Source: Octopus vulgaris (Eukaryota). From it: a stretch of DNA of 64,000 nucleotides. The stretch's first letter is position 1; each line of letters starts with the position of its first letter. Of the stretch, positions 12,994 through 29,066 are shown one piece after another. Made by a program: the position numbers and the translations under genes. The stretch lies in contig OX597825.1 of the NCBI GenBank assembly GCA_951406725.2, positions 8,804,001-8,868,000 of the forward strand, given 5' to 3'. Below the pieces are notes generated by a model, which worked only from the letters and a program-made list of their open reading frames with translations, ran no database searches and was not told where the DNA came from.

Positions 12994-14548
12994 ATTCGCG
13001 TGAATGGACATCTATCGAGAACCTTCGACATCGCACGTTCGGTCCGTCAGGGATGCCCCCTCTCGTCGCTTCTATACGTATTGACTCTCGAGCCATTATT
13101 GCGGAAGCTGGCAACCTTGAGAGGCATCCCGCGAGAACTGGGATGCGGGACGAGCGTGTCTGCATACGCGGACGACGTCACCGTCATAGTGTCTAGCCAC
13201 GAGCACATCGAGCAGGTCGGCGAGACATTGAAAAACTACGAAGCGGTGACAGGAGCAAAAATCAACCGGGAAAAGTCAGTGGGCTTGCGACTCGGCACCT
13301 GGAGAAGCAAGCCCATGCCGTCCACCAGCGCCTCCGTCGTGGGACGCTGGACCGACGGCCCGGTTGAGTTGCTCGGGGTCTGGTTTGGTCCGGACCTCCA
13401 AGTGGAGAAGAACTGGAACGAGATAACGAGTAGGGTGGTCACTCTCGCCCTCAATGGGCCGAGAGGAAACTGTCCCTAAAAGGTCGGGCGGAGGTGGCGA
13501 ACACGTACATCGCGTCCGTCATCTACTACCGCCTGACAGTCGTACCTTGTCTCGACCCTACCATCACCAAACTACAACGCATTCTCTTTCGCTTCTTGTG
13601 GAAAGGATGCGTCCCGATGGTCAGGCGATCCATTTGCTGTCAACACCCGTTAAAAGGAGGGCTGGGCATGCCGTGGTTGGTGATGTGCAGACACGCGCTG
13701 AGACTGCGACATCTCTGGCTCTATGTAGACGACGGTGAACAGGTGTGGTCGCCGTTTGTGAAGCACGCTTTCCCGCAGCTCGTCTCCATGACCGAACGGC
13801 AGTCGTGGATCAAAAAGAGGCCGAAGAAGGGCGAATGGCACCGCGAGTGTCGCGTTGCTCTCAAGCAACTCTGCCGTCCTGGGTCGACCTTGAGTGACTT
13901 CAACACAACCAAAGCATTCTATAGGGGTTTAGTGGAGGGGAGGTACGACGACGAGCTCGGGGCGAACCTGGACGTCGACGAGGAGTACCTGACCCGCCTG
14001 TTCAGGACGACTTTCGGGCCAGGGCCCATGGACAACTTCCAGAGATCCCTGGCCTGGCAGTGCTACCGAGAAGCGCTACCCGTTCGGGATAAGCTCTACA
14101 GACACGGCTCGATAAACACGGGGCCGACCTGCCCGAGATGCGGTCAGAGCGACGAAACCGTTCTGCACGCACTCGTGCAGTGTCCAACAATTTCCGACCT
14201 GTGGGCTTGTGTCGAACAACTGCTGTCACGTGTGGGACGAGTCGGTTTATCAGCTGAGTCTATCGTTAATATTGTCACGCCTCCCTCCTTCAAACGGGAA
14301 GGAAGAGCTATTTTCATCATCCTTGTGGCTATGGCGAAAGAATGTATCTGGTGGACGCGTCTGAAAGGATTGGAGACAAACACTTTCCTCTCTGGTCAAT
14401 CTCTCATCAACTTCTTCAAGTACCACTTGAAAAGGAAAGTGAGAGTAGAGAGGCAAGTTTTGTCTAGCGAATGTTTTAAAAAAGATGGGTGAATGTAGCA
14501 AGAATGGCACGTATGAATGACGAAGCCACCTTGAGCATGATCCTATGA
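12994..14548 (+). pseudogene. Frameshifted ORF2 (reverse transcriptase + zinc finger) of the Tx1-like element
   Basis: ORFs 13000-13479 and 13494-14492 join through a 1-bp loss near 13451 (restoring ..QWAERKLSLKGRAEVANTY). A second 1-bp loss in the A-run near 14480, judged against copy 2 (FKKRCVNVARM), moves the stop away from TGA 14546-14548. Confidence 0.85.
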
Positions 14549-14936
14549 ACCCAGAAATTGAAAACAGAGAGTTGCTAATTTGCAAAAAAAAAAAAAAAGA
14601 AATATAACATGTGACTCCATTGACCGAGGTTACCGTGGTCTTTTCCGTAGGCTTTTCTTTCCACGGGTAAACCTCACCTGTCCTCCCCTTTACACTTCAT
14701 ATTGACATTTCTGTGATAACGATCCCTATTGATCAAAATTTTTTTTTTTTCCTCTCCCACTTTTTTTTAACCCCCCCCTTTTTTTTGTCCTCTTTCTCTC
14801 CTTTTACGATCCCTTTTGATCGAAACTCCCCTCCCTTTTTTCTTTTCTTTTTTTTTTTTTTAAACCTTCAAAAGAAAAGCTCTACCTTGTAATTTGTTCT
14901 ATCTGTGTGCAGCCCTGTGTGGCTAATAAAGAAACA
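12994..14936 (+). mobile_element. Tx1/L1-clade non-LTR retrotransposon, 5'-truncated (RT C-half, CCHC finger, 3' UTR)
   Basis: RSVRQGCPLS, YADD, KINREKS, KGGLG motifs and CPRC-x8-H-x4-C finger. Pyrimidine-rich 3' UTR with AATAAA at 14925. (TCTA)n on both sides. Confidence 0.95.
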
Positions 14937-15275
<339 letters not shown>

Positions 15276-15950
15276 GTAAGTATATAAGTATGTATATGCA
15301 GGATATAAACCAAGTTGTTTCATCATAGAACTTTGTATTAAGCACCTATGTACAAAGCTGATTAAGTGAAAAGCCTATAAACGATATAGTGGGCATCTTG
15401 TTTCGTAGATAAATCAGTCCAGCAAAGCCTTGGCTTCAGTCACGATTCTTTATCTTAAAAGACTGGGAGAAAATTCAAATAACAAAGGAAACAAAAAATA
15501 TTCCAATAAAACCTCTTCAATTTTGTAAATTCGTCAAACGTACAGCATTTATTGTCCCCGATCAGCATATATCTTTAGAAAGTGAACCTACAAAATTTGT
15601 TAAATCGTTGTATTTGAGGAACAGGTTGATAAGACTTCCGTGGTTACGTAGTTTGCGCTGGTAATTTGTTCACATCATGTTCTGCTTAATTAGAACAAGC
15701 ATGAATGGAGGATTTAAAAGCTCGGTTTCTAAAATTGAAGATAATAGCCACTCAACTACCATATGATAATTCACGACTGTTTGGAAGTAACATCCTTTGT
15801 AAATGCCACAGTCGGATAAATATCATTTAATAATTTAGATGTTCTGCTACAAGTAGATTTCAAAATGGCTTCTGCAGATTCAAGAGTACTTGATTTTGCG
15901 GATTCAACTTTGTAACGTAACTAAGTTTCGTGGAATATTACGTTTATATA

Positions 15951-15989
<39 letters not shown>

Positions 15990-15995
<6 letters not shown>

Positions 15996-16383
15996 TCTTT
16001 TAATTGTTTCAGTCATTTGACTGCGGCCATGCTGGAGCACCGCCTTTAGTCGAGCAAATCGACCCCGGGACTTATTCTTTGTAAGCCCAGTACTTATTCT
16101 ATCGGTCTCTTTTGCCGAACCGCTAGGTAACGGGGACGTAAACACACCAGCATCGGTTGTCAAGCAATGCTAGGGGGAAATACACAGTCACACAAACACA
16201 TACATACATATATATATATACATATATACGACAGCCTTCTTTCAGTTTCCGTCTACCAAATCCACTCACAAGGCATTGGTCGGCCCGGGGCTACAGCAGA
16301 AGACACTTGCCCAAGATGCCACGCAGTGGGACTGAACCCGGAACCATGTGGTTGGTTAGCAAGCTACTTACCACACAGCCACG
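15990..16383 (-). mobile_element. tRNA-derived SINE family B, near full length
   Basis: Minus strand: A box GTGGCTGTGTGGT, B box GGTTCAGTCCC, CORE-like CTTGGGCAAGTGTCTT, internal (TA/TG)n, tail GGCGGTGCTCCAGCATGGCCGCAGTCAAATGACTGAAAC, ending in (GA)n. Confidence 0.9.
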
Positions 16384-16904
16384 TCGATTCTCTTTAATAT
16401 TTATAATGAAAACGTGTGTAAACTTCGATACATGTGTGTGTGTGGTGGGGTGCGCGTGTGCATTGCTGTGTCTGGATTTATTCTCTTTTAGTGCCTTATA
16501 ATTTAACACACTCACCGGTCAAGTTTCGTCTCATTTATTATTTTTTTTCCAAAATGTTCGTTGCGTTTTGCAACCTTTTCAATGGTCGTTGACTCTGTCC
16601 GTTATCTGAGCTGCATTCTTTTTGTTTGTTTGTGCGCATGTGTGTGGTTGAGTGTGTGTGCGCATACACATATATATATATATATGTATGTATACATGCA
16701 TGTATGTGTGTGCGTATGCATATATATATGTGTTTGGATGTGTGTACGTTTGTATTTATGTATTCTGCATGTGTTTTTGTGTTCGTGTTTGTTTTTTATC
16801 TGTGTGTGTGTGTGTGTTTACATGTTTGAGTGTGTACGTGTGTACCTCTGTCTCTTTGTGTGTGCACGTCTGTGTATGTCTATGTATCGGTTTTGCAAAT
16901 TCTG

Positions 16905-18084
16905 ACGAAACAATCAATATCCCATAGTAACTGTTGAGGAACTAGCAGAGAAGCTTGGATTTGATACTTGAACCATTTATTAGAAAAGTCAGCAAGTTGG
17001 GTCAATGGGATCCTCACAAGCTTTCCGAGTCTAATCGCGTGCGGAGATTGAATGTGTGATCTTCTTTGTTGTCACACCTCCTGAATGAATCTTTTTTGGG
17101 CCTCATAGATCCTGGTCGCGAGAAATCGGTTCACTATGAAAATGTCAAGCGCCGAAGACAGTGCGTAGTGAAAGGAGAAACTTCGGCACCCCACGCCAAA
17201 GGAGGTCTTTACCCACGTAAGATGTTGTTATTTGAGATATGAAAGGTTTATTCCACTTTGAACGTTTAAACCCAAACCATGCGATAACAAAGGAGATCTA
17301 CGACGAGCTGCTTGAACGACTTAATTCAGCGTTGGCCAAAAAGCGACCATCTTTGGTTTCAAGACGAAAGTTGTTCTTACCCCAGGATAATGCTCGGCCA
17401 CATACAGTGAGGATGATATTCCAAAGGCTGGAGCAGTTTCAATGGGAAACGATGTCCCACCCACTATTTAAAGACTCCGCCGGTTACGCCCGACGAGGGT
17501 CCCAGCTGATACGATCAACGGAACAGCTTGCTCGTGAAATTAACGTGCAAATGGCTGAGCATTCCACAGACACGTGTACCCTTAACGTAGTTCTCGGGGA
17601 TAATCAGCGTGACACAGAGAGTGACAAGGCTGACCCTTTGAAATACAAGTACAACTCATTTTTGCCAGCTGAGTGGACTGGAGCAACGTGAAATAAAGTG
17701 TCTTGCTCAAGGACACAACGCGTCGCCGGGAATCGAACTCACAACCTTACGATCATGAGCCGAATGCCCTAACCACTAAGCCACGCGCCCTCACCCCACC
17801 CACTATATTCGGTAGACATTGACCTTTCAAATTATCACTCTCTCCGCCGTCTTCAAAATCATTTGGACAGAATTTTCTAGACGAGGTCAGAACACTTTCG
17901 GCAGAGTATTTTTCATCACGGACAAGTGAATTTGAGAAAAGGGACCTTGCAAGTCTACCAGACAGATGGAGGAACATTGTAGAAAATGAAGGTGAGTATA
18001 TGTTAGATTTAAAATGAATTTGTTTATCTTAATTTTGAAAGATAAAAGAAGTATAAAAAACATTAGTTATGGGATGACCCAATT
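16905..18084 (+). mobile_element. Decayed mariner (DD34D-type) transposon interrupted by a SINE
   Basis: TVEELAEKLG, WDPHKL (WVPHEL), QDNARPH and HP.YS.D motifs. Right TIR-like end TTATGGGATGACCCAAT at about 18067-18083. Confidence 0.9.
17468..17794 (-). mobile_element. tRNA-derived SINE family C with 12-bp TSD
   Basis: Minus strand: A box TGGCTTAGTGG, B box GTTCGATTCCC, GTGTCCTTGAGCAAGACACTT core. TSD CCCACCCACTAT at 17456-17467 and 17795-17806. Confidence 0.92.
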
Positions 18085-18133
18085 TACATACTTTTATATA
18101 AGTTTATATATATATATATACATGTTTGTGTTG

Positions 18134-18186
<53 letters not shown>

Positions 18187-20047
18187 CATCTATGTTGATT
18201 GTGAATGTTTTAATAGGTGATGGCTTAGCGTATATTTGTGTGGATATAGGCGTATGTGAAAAAATGTTCACATATATAAATATTTGCATCAGTAGCTCAC
18301 TTTACTTCACCTTTCTTTAAAACGTTTGCATCATTAGCTGGAAACTACTTATGCTCAACTTTTAGTCGTTTCATGTGTTGCTTGCTATAAAATGTTGACA
18401 TTCCTCTTAAGATATTGCCATTTGCAATGGTTTTATACTTGCTTTATTAATAGTCACAAAGCGTGCAATTATTCATTATTGATAATGTCACAGGCATTAT
18501 CAAAAATCCAAGACAATATGAAATATCGTTATTATATAAAAGGTGTGTGGGGGTCTAATAATTAAGTCTTATGTTTCTTAAACAGCATTTCCGAAATGTT
18601 TTCTATATGCAGAATATTAAAAACATAGATTCCTCTTTGCTTCGCTTAAAATAAGGGTACACGTTATTATACATACGTTGTGAATATTAATAACTAAGAA
18701 AAACATTTGGAAGAAGTAAAGTGTCGATTATAAGTAATAAAAATGATATCTCAAATTGGAATTAAAATTTGTTTGGCTAAATCCTTCAGGGAATTTTATG
18801 AAGAATGTTCAAATGCCTACGTAAGCGTTACATAATTGGTCTCCAGTTTAATAGCTTCTTTAGCCAGTTAATTAGAGATGGAAGTAGGATGTGGTATTAA
18901 GGGATCAAAAACCTGTATATCGTTTAAGATAACTGCGCAGCTGTACAGTTGAGAGAAAAAATAACATTTGGTTAGCTTCCTAACTCTTAAAATAGAAGAA
19001 ATATATTTTTCAAAAATTTCTGTAGCTTCGAAGATATTTGAGAGCTAATACACATTCAATGATATATGAATATTATTAAATGTAATACTGAATGAAGTAA
19101 ATAAAGAAGGAATATTATTGGTTCGTGGCCAACGTGCGGAAGAATCCAGGAAGAAATAGAGATGATTTCATGGCTTGATTACACAAATATCATAACTTAT
19201 GTTATCAACGACAGAGTAAATATTTGTAGCCTGAAAACTCGAAGAGTTATCAACAGCAAATGCTGCAAATGTCAAATTTTCACTTCTCTGACATCGTATC
19301 CATCACATGTATTTCTGAGTTGAGATCAGCTCTAAATTATCGAATTCACGGATTTTTCATCATGTACAAATGAATTTCATTTTAGTTATTAATCTCTCAC
19401 ATTAGAGGTTTTGAATAAACGGAAATATATTTGAAGTATGTAGGTAGGAAGACGCTTTATTTGGAATAATAATGATGGTATCCTTTTATGCAGGATCTGA
19501 GAGAAAGATATTATATCACGAATATTTCCAACTGATATGTAACCTGGATATTTAGAACCTGACGTAAAATAAACTCGCTAATCTGACGCATTTAAATATT
19601 ACTAATTTGGGTGTTTATCTATGTGTAGCTTCGCGTGACTGTGTGAGGGTGTATTGTTACATATGCATGTATGTATATGTATGTATATGTATGAATATAT
19701 ATAATGCTTAATATTATCAAAGGGAAATTGAATTCAATTAAAATTAAAGTATTCAATCAAAATCTACATTTCCAGTGGTCTAACGTGCAAAAAAAAAAAA
19801 AATTAGTCAAGAAGACTATATATTAGTCATACGATATAGTGCGTAATAAGATCAGAAACCAATTGGTCTGGTGTGCTAGATGGTAAATGTTTTTCATTTC
19901 CAAATTTATTCCTGTTGAATTTTATCCGTTATTTTTGTGGTTTACAGAACGTAGCTGTTCTTTCTAATGTGTTGAATTTCACGCAAAGTGGATTCCTTAT
20001 GTGTATAAATATGCACTATATCGTATGAATATATATCTGTATATATA

Positions 20048-20100
<53 letters not shown>

Positions 20101-20477
20101 GAGTGATTTCACTTGTAGTGATGATGAGCAAGAGTTAGTGATAACATTACTATTTCATGTTATCGTAAGAAGTTTTCTTACCATGTTAGTAGGAGGAAGG
20201 ATATATATATATACATATATAGAAATATGTTATAAAAAGAAAATATAAAATACATGTGGAAATGTGAGGGTAAAATATGAAAAATCAACGAAAATGCACA
20301 TTGCAACTAAAAAAATGCTATTTATGGCAAGTAACGACAAATATATACATTTATATGGACTGAGGTAGTAATACGAGTCATAAAAGTCATTATTATGAGA
20401 TGATTATAAGATGATAATAAAGTAAGAGAACTAAACGGATCATGGTTTACGCAAAGCTATTCATCGTTTTGTATATA

Positions 20478-20535
<58 letters not shown>

Positions 20536-20744
20536 CATATATATATGTATGTATGTGTGTATATATACATACTTGTAATGTTGATACTTGTAAGATTCAT
20601 ATATCTGTAATTGATGCCCACTGGATAAGAATACCGCTGTATTGCAGCGGTAGTATATCATATTTTCGTGAAGTAAGAACTAGAGATTACTGTTTAAAAG
20701 AAATAATATTTCCATTTCTCATATTGAAGATATACAGATAGATA

Positions 20745-21689
20745 AGTTGCTTTATTGGCCACACAGGGCTGCACACAGCTGGGAGAAATTACAAGGTAGA
20801 GCTTTTCTTTTGGGGGATGAAAAAAAAAAGTGGCGTAGGTTTTCGATCAAAAGGGACCGTAACATGGAAAAAAGAAAAAAAGAAACAAAAGAAAAGAAAA
20901 AGAAGAAAAAAGAGGAAAGAAAGGGGAAGAGGAAAAAAAAGATCAATAGGGATCGTGTATCACAGTGTCATATGTACGGTGTAAAGAGGGAAACAGATAA
21001 GGTTTATCCGTGGGAAGAAAAGCCTACGAAAAAGACCACGGTAACCTCGGTCAATATTGTTATATGTTACCACATTTGTTTGCAAGTGGGTAACCCTCTG
21101 TTTTCAATTTCTGGGTTCATAGGATTATGCTCAAGGTGGCTTCGTCATTCATACGTACCATCCTTGCTACATTCACACATCTTTTTTTAAAACATTCGCT
21201 AGACAAAACTTGCCTCTCTACTCTCACTTTCCTTTTCAAGTGGTACTTGAAGAAGTTGATGAGAGATTGACCAGAGAGGAAAGTGTTTGTCTCAAATCCT
21301 TTCAGACGCGTCCACCAGATACATTCTTTCGCCATAGCCACAAGGATGATGAAAATATCTTTTCCTCTCCGTTTGAAGGAAGGAGGCGTGACAATATTGA
21401 CGATAGACTCAGCTGATAAACCGACTTGTCCCACATGTGAACAACTGCTGTCACGTGTGGGACGAGTCGGTTTATCAGCTGAGTCTATCGTCAATATCGT
21501 CACGCCTCCTTTCTTCAAACGGAAAGGTAGAGCTATTTTCATTATCCTTGTGACTATGGTGAAAGAATGTATCTGGTGCACGCGTCTGAAAGGATTGGAG
21601 ACAAACACTTTCCTCTCTGGTCAATATCACATCAATTTCTTCAAGTACTACTTGAAAAGGAAAGTGAGAGTAGAGAGGCAAGTTTTGTC

Positions 21690-21692
<3 letters not shown>
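20745..21692 (-). mobile_element. Second Tx1-like copy: 3' end on minus strand with a fold-back inverted 5' segment
   Basis: 20745-21440 is the reverse complement of about 14227-14936. 21441-21692 is a plus-strand copy of about 14216-14468. Flanked by AGATAGATA (20736-20744) and long (GATA)n. Confidence 0.93.
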
Positions 21693-22202
<510 letters not shown>

Positions 22203-23199
22203 GCAGAATCGAATAATCGAAAAAATGAATGAGACAGAAGCAATTAATATTCCTGTCGGTTTGTCCCGAATGCCGGCAGGAGAAAACTAAAGCGTTTTCA
22301 CATGAACTGATGTACACTCAATACAACTGTGCTTTGGGTTACTACACTATTGTTGATATAAATTTGGCCCTGCATCGCCTACACAAGACACACAATAATA
22401 TCCCGTCAACAATACTTACTCTGAGCTGACAATGTTTGTGTTATTTCCTATGTACGTATAATATGAATGAGTACTAATATTTTTATATGAAACTTGTACG
22501 TTGATTTATTTCCTGTATAGCGGACACTTCCTATTTGTTAAAGCTCGAAATGAATTTTATATTGTGTTAAATTTCTTTAGTATCCAAAACAGAAGTTTTA
22601 TGATTTGCTGAAAGAAATTTTCAGCTAAATATTCGATTGTGAATAGCACTATGCGTTGTTCGGAAGAACGTCATAAATGTGAAACAGCTATGTGAGAGGT
22701 GCGGGTCAATGGAGAGGCGTTAAAGTGGTAAAGCCATTTGTTAGAAATAGCAGTCAAATATATTCCTTAATTCTTAAATTTCTCCTCAACATTGACCACA
22801 ATAAGGACTCTGCTATTATACAAATTATATGAGATGACCCTCGTGGGATTGGCTATACCGGAAAGTCCGTTGTATATCTAGTTGGTCATTGGCTAAAATA
22901 TATGAACATATTTATGTAAAAGAATGCATTGTTTCTGTGTGTGTGTATAAATGAACACACACTCGCAAGCACAAGCGTACAGACGCGCGCTCATGTATAC
23001 GTGTGTTTTGTGTGTTTGTATTTAGAAAGATGTTTGTGTGTGCATTTGGATAAAGATTAAGAACTCCAACTGCCAAAGAATGTGCATCTCTAAATAACAT
23101 GCATAATATTGACAAATATACGGTTCTTGTTGAAGTAAATTATAATCTCTGACGCGCTCAAATAATTAGACGTCAGCAGATTATAATCGCAATGATAGT

Positions 23200-23560
23200 T
23201 GTGTGTATATGTGTGTATGTGTGTGTATGTGTGTGTATGTATGCATAGGTGTGCATACCTAAATGCGTATGCGTGTGTGTACGCGTGCATGCCTGTGTGT
23301 AACAGTGTGTGTAAGTGTGTTTGTGTGTATGTGTGCATGCATATGTGTGTGTATATGTGTGTGAGTGTACAAGTGCGTGCATGTGTGTAACTGTGTGCAA
23401 GTGTGCGTGTAAGCGTGTATATGTGTGTACGTGTGTATGTGTGCACGCGTGCGTGCATGCGTGCGTGTGCGAACTCGTCCGCTTAAGCGTGCGTATATGC
23501 TTGTAAGTGTGTGTGTGTGTATGCGTGTGTTTGTGTGTGTGTATGCGTGTGTGTGTATCA
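23200..23560. repeat. Degenerate (GT/GC/AT)n purine-pyrimidine tract
   Basis: Read directly. Confidence 0.9.
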
Positions 23561-24371
23561 TTTAAAATTCGTTCTGAAAGAAACAATATAATATAAACTG
23601 CGCTTTGTTAATACGTTTAACATTTGCTTTTCTTGAAATCTATCCCTTGAAGCGTTCCTGAAACCCCTTACTTCGACAACGCCTAATTTGTAACATCTGC
23701 TAGTCTCTGATACCTCTTTCAAAAATTGGATTAAACTAGATTTACACAGAGGCATATAGCATTACCAGCCGAAAGAAATTTTCTACTAAATCTTTAGCAG
23801 ATTGCAATTAGTAAATTGATACAACTACTAAGAATGTTAAACCCTCTTACTATGTGGTATGTAATAATACGCGAAGAAAAGGAGAGAAAGGCTATTAAAT
23901 CCATGTTTTTACGTATATGACCAGCAGCGATGTATCAATAATATGGATAGTTTAAAATATAATTATCCATTTACCTCAAACAATTATTGTAATCTGAAGG
24001 TATTTATTGAAATTTAATTCATATGTGATTCTTTGAATATTAGTTATATTAATTAAAGTATCAACGTAATTAAATTAAATATAATTGATTTCAAAGTTGC
24101 TACAAAAGTATCTTAATAAAAATTGATACTTGTATCGATATTAGAGAAAGGAATAAAATGGCAATCGCGGTATGCTTTTAGTTGATTGGCGCAGGAGGAG
24201 GATAAACGATCGGCGACTGATGTACGAAAACTGGTTCACCTACTTGCACCACACGTCGCATTTGTTTGTGTATATAAGTGGTTGTATTTTGGATATCATT
24301 CAAATACGCACTCGAAAATTTTGTTGTAACGAATGTAGAGAATGATATAAATTTGAGTCGAAATATAGTTC

Positions 24372-24950
<579 letters not shown>

Positions 24951-24960
24951 ACATTCATGT

Positions 24961-25343
24961 GGAGGCGCACTGGCCCAGTGTTCAGAGCAGCGGACTCGCG
25001 GTCATAGGATCGCGGTTTCGATTTCCAGACCGGGCGTTGTGACTGTTTATTGAGCGAAAACACCTAAAGATCCACGAAGCACCACCAGGGGGTGCTGGCG
25101 AACCCTGCTGTACTCTTTCACCACAGCTTTCTCTCACTCTTTATTCCAGTTTCTGTTGTCCACGTACATTAAAGGGCCAGCCTTGTCACACCTTGTGTCA
25201 CGCTGAATCTCACCGAGAACTACGTTAAGGGTACACTACCTGTGGAGTGCTCAGCCACTTCCACGTTAATTTCAGGAGCAGGCTGGCTGTTCTGTTGATC
25301 GGATCAACTAGAACCCTCGTCGACCTGACCGACGGAGTGCCAC
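24961..25343 (+). mobile_element. tRNA-derived SINE, head A + tail 1
   Basis: GGAGGCGCACTGGCCCAGTG...GGTTTCGATTTCC head. The tail matches family C (AAGGGCCAGCCTTGTCACAC...GACGGAGTGCC). TSD CATTCATG at 24952-24959 and 25344-25351. Confidence 0.9.
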
Positions 25344-25499
25344 CATTCATGCATACATATATATTTATGTGTGCCTATATGTGTATGCATATATGTATCT
25401 ATGGATATATGTGTACATGTATACATATATTTATACATACACATATACATGTATATAAACATGAATGTTTGTAAATGTATGTATGCACGTACTGTTTAA

Positions 25500-25720
25500 T
25501 GGCACATAACTTCAGTTCATGTTGCTCCAGGCCACACAAGTGGCAAGAAATAAGTTATACCTGTAATTTAATGTAACAATCTTCTCACCTTATGTCTCAC
25601 GCTGAATCTCCTTGAGAAATACCTTAAGGTACGCGTGTCCGTAGAGTGTTCAGCAGCTCGCACATTAACTCCACGAGCAGACTGTTTTATTTATCTGATC
25701 AATTGGAACATCCATCTCCG
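25500..25720 (+). mobile_element. Old 5'-truncated SINE family C
   Basis: gttgctccag...cacgctgaatctccttgagaaatacc ttaagg...cacgagcag resembles the family C body and tail. Confidence 0.7.
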
Positions 25721-26495
25721 TATTTGGTCTTGGCTAGTTTGTTTATGTTTACGCACGATGATGATGTTCACTCTACAGTGATATTTTAAGAACTGATACA
25801 ATAGCTATAAATGCTCACAAACGGAACTTCCCAAACCTTCTAGAAAACTGTTGATATTCTGGTTAAAAAAAGAAAGAAAACTTTTTTATTCAAAGTCCCT
25901 GGAAAATTACTCAATTATGTTCAATGTGTTGTAAATTGTGACGTTTTGAATTTCAAGTTTTTTTTCGATATGAATTTGTTTTCAGTTCGTTTTTATGTAA
26001 TTCTGATTGTTTCATTGAATCTATTACAAAAAACTTCATAAATGGTCGAAATGTCATTATACTGCATTAACTAAATAGATGTAAACTTCGATTTATGGTT
26101 GTTTGTTGTAAACTTTTTCGGGGCACTGTGTATGTGTGCGTGTATGTGTGTGTATTTATGTATGTGTTCGTGTGATTGTGTGTGTATGTAAGGGATTATA
26201 ATACGATGTGTGTGTTCGTGAGCCACATCTCCGTGTTCCTGTAATAAAATGCATATAGATGTTGTTTTTTTAAGCGAGAACACTATAAATATAAGTTGAG
26301 ATGCCTTATAAATAACAATATTTTCAGAGTAAATATCGCATTAAAAGGCAGAGTGGAATATGTGATGCCATTTTAATTCTGCTTTCTACGCATATCATTA
26401 CAAATTGGAAAATTCATTATATGAATATTAATATTAAAAATTAAAATAAAAGTATCTATGTGCATGCGTATGTATTTATGTGCGTGTATGTGTTC

Positions 26496-26537
<42 letters not shown>

Positions 26538-28679
26538 TATGTGTGCGTGTGTGTGTGCGTGTGTATGTGTGTATGTGCGTATACACACACACATATATAT
26601 ATATATATATACACATCTATATATATATATATAATAAAATATTAGGGAATAAATTTTATCTCTAATTTAATATATATATATATATATAAATATATATATG
26701 TATGTTTTAGTGTATGCATGTACGTATGTATAGATTTCACTAAATGTGAATACGAGTGTTACAACACCTACATTGCTAGAAATAAGAGCTAAAAAGCACT
26801 AATACTGTAGTTAAAGCACATAAATGTATAGGTATATACTGGCACCGGTCAGTGTTTTCGGGCGATTACGGTCCCTCTCAGTATAAATTTGTACAATTAT
26901 TTGCTTTAACTACGGCATCAGAGCAATTTAGCTCTTGTTTCGCGCAATGTACGTGTTCTAACATCTTTAGTCACATTTAGTGACAATTATAGTTCTTTTT
27001 GTAACACACTGTGCACGGAAGTCTATATTATTTCCACACCCACACACACGTACGTACATACACCTAATTAAATAGCTGTGTCTCTTACGGATTACAGTGA
27101 ACTTCTCTTTTGTTGCCAAATTTTGCACTTTTGAAACAGTTATGGATTCCTTAATCAGCACCGATACCAAGTGTGCTGATGTTGCCAACCACCTGGTCAT
27201 CGACGCCAGTTTTCTATTACAATTCTATGCCATAGTGTATGAAAGGGAATTGAAGGAGAAATAGCAGAACGACTATTGCATCAAGAATTGGAGATAAGTT
27301 TTAATTCAGGAAGGGAAATGATATTCTGTCGAGTTTAGTGAGAGTAATTATGCCAATATTATAAACACGCATTGGTTTAATTATATTCCTTTATTACCAG
27401 TCAATTTGAAAGAAACAGCTTTTCCACCAAGATATACACATAATCTCAAATGTGTAATACAGGAGGTTAAACTTAGATTCACAGATAATCCTTGCAGTTA
27501 AAAGGCAAAAATTCCTCAAAGAGAGGTTAATTCCAACAGCAACCAATCCCAATTTTTGGAAAATACTATACAGTTAGGAATAGATCTTGTTTTTTAAAAA
27601 AAATTCCTAATTGCACATTATTTTTCAAAAGTTTGGATTAGGTTAAGTCTTCAGAATTATCTCGTTGTCAAATTGAAATTCTCGCCCACTCCCTGGGGTA
27701 ATCTGTGTCACTGTGTGCGTGTGAGTCCGTATTTACGTATGTATGTTTTCTGCGTATTACTGTATTTGGTTGTGTGCATGTGCACACACACGCACACTCA
27801 AACTTCCACGAGCACATACACACCCTCGTTCAGATATACAATCTCGTTCACATACACAAACACGGGAATTTGCGGAATACACACATACATACTTACATAC
27901 ATATGTTCATACATACATTCATACATGCATAAATACGCAAGACACTAGCACGCGCGCACGCACTCATACACACACACAAGCACGCTGGCAGCAAGGTCAC
28001 ATACAGACAAAAGCGACCTCTCTAATCGACTAAATAGAAAGTCACTGAGAAAGAGCTTTGATAAATCAAAATAAAAGAAACGATTTACTGTTTAATCAAG
28101 TTAAACAAAGAATCGAACAGTTAGTTGCATATTTAACCAATTGACTTATAATAACGGAATGAAATAGAACCAATGCGCGTGTTAATAATATTGGCGGGCG
28201 TAGTGACTCACCCTAGACACAACAAAATCTGTTTCAGCTTACAAATTCACACGAAGCATTTTCCAAACCACATAAAAAAAAATTTTTAATGGTATTACAA
28301 ATCAAGATTGGATTTTATTTCAACATTTAAAGAAAGTCGAAATAGGTATGAAAAGGTATTAGAATCTTGTATTGGAACCAGAAAAGAAAAGTTAACCAAA
28401 ACAGGAGAGTGAGAATGTAACAGATATAAATGACTTCCTAGCCTGTCCAGCCCTTATTGCTGCAAAAAATATCTTGGAGTAAAACGTCGAGCAGGCAGAA
28501 TTCAAAACCCATGTGCGAAAGGAAACTTGAGAATTAAGTTCATCAGTACATGAAAGAAGTTAGAAGTGTTAATGTTGAGACTGCAAAGAAGACATTTCTA
28601 GAAAGACGTGAGGTGGCTCTCCAAAGAAATTATAAAATCGGAAATAAAGATGTGGTAATACAATAAGTTAAAGCATATT

Positions 28680-29066
28680 TTACTTCTTTGAGACATTAGA
28701 CTGCGACCATGCAGGGGCACCGCCTTCAAGTATTCTAGTCCAACGAATTGACCTCAGTACCTATTAATATTATCTTATTTATTTCCTTTGCAAAGCCTGG
28801 TACTTCTTCTATCGATCACTTTTGACTCACCCCTAGGTTATGGAAATGCAAACACACCAATAGAAGGAGTGAAGAGGTGGTGAAGCACAAACCCAGCCAC
28901 AAATACACACAGTTTTAGGTTCCTTTTTATTAAATCCACTCACGAATCTTTGGTGGACTCCGGTCAACTGTAGAAGATATTTGCTCAAGGTGCTACGCAA
29001 TGGAACTCGAGCCGGAACCGTGTGGTTGGGAAGCAAACTGCTTACCACAAAACCACGCCTGCGCCT
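28680..29066 (-). mobile_element. Diverged SINE family B
   Basis: Colinear with 15990-16383 (gactgcgaccatgcaggggcaccgcc...ggaaccgtgtggttgg...cttaccacaaaaccacgcctgcgcc). Confidence 0.8.

Noticed and set aside
17239-17691. 150-aa ORF as a host or domesticated transposase gene
   Set aside because: It is a chimera of decayed mariner and antisense SINE, and upstream frames contain stops.
22415-22455. Possible 28-nt minus-strand micro-exon (TAG|...|GTAAGT)
   Set aside because: Weak polypyrimidine tract and no partner exons. Such matches are expected by chance.
26855-26890. Minus-strand hammerhead-like CTGAGA-GGG...CCC-GAAA
   Set aside because: N7 is missing and stems I and III are unconvincing.
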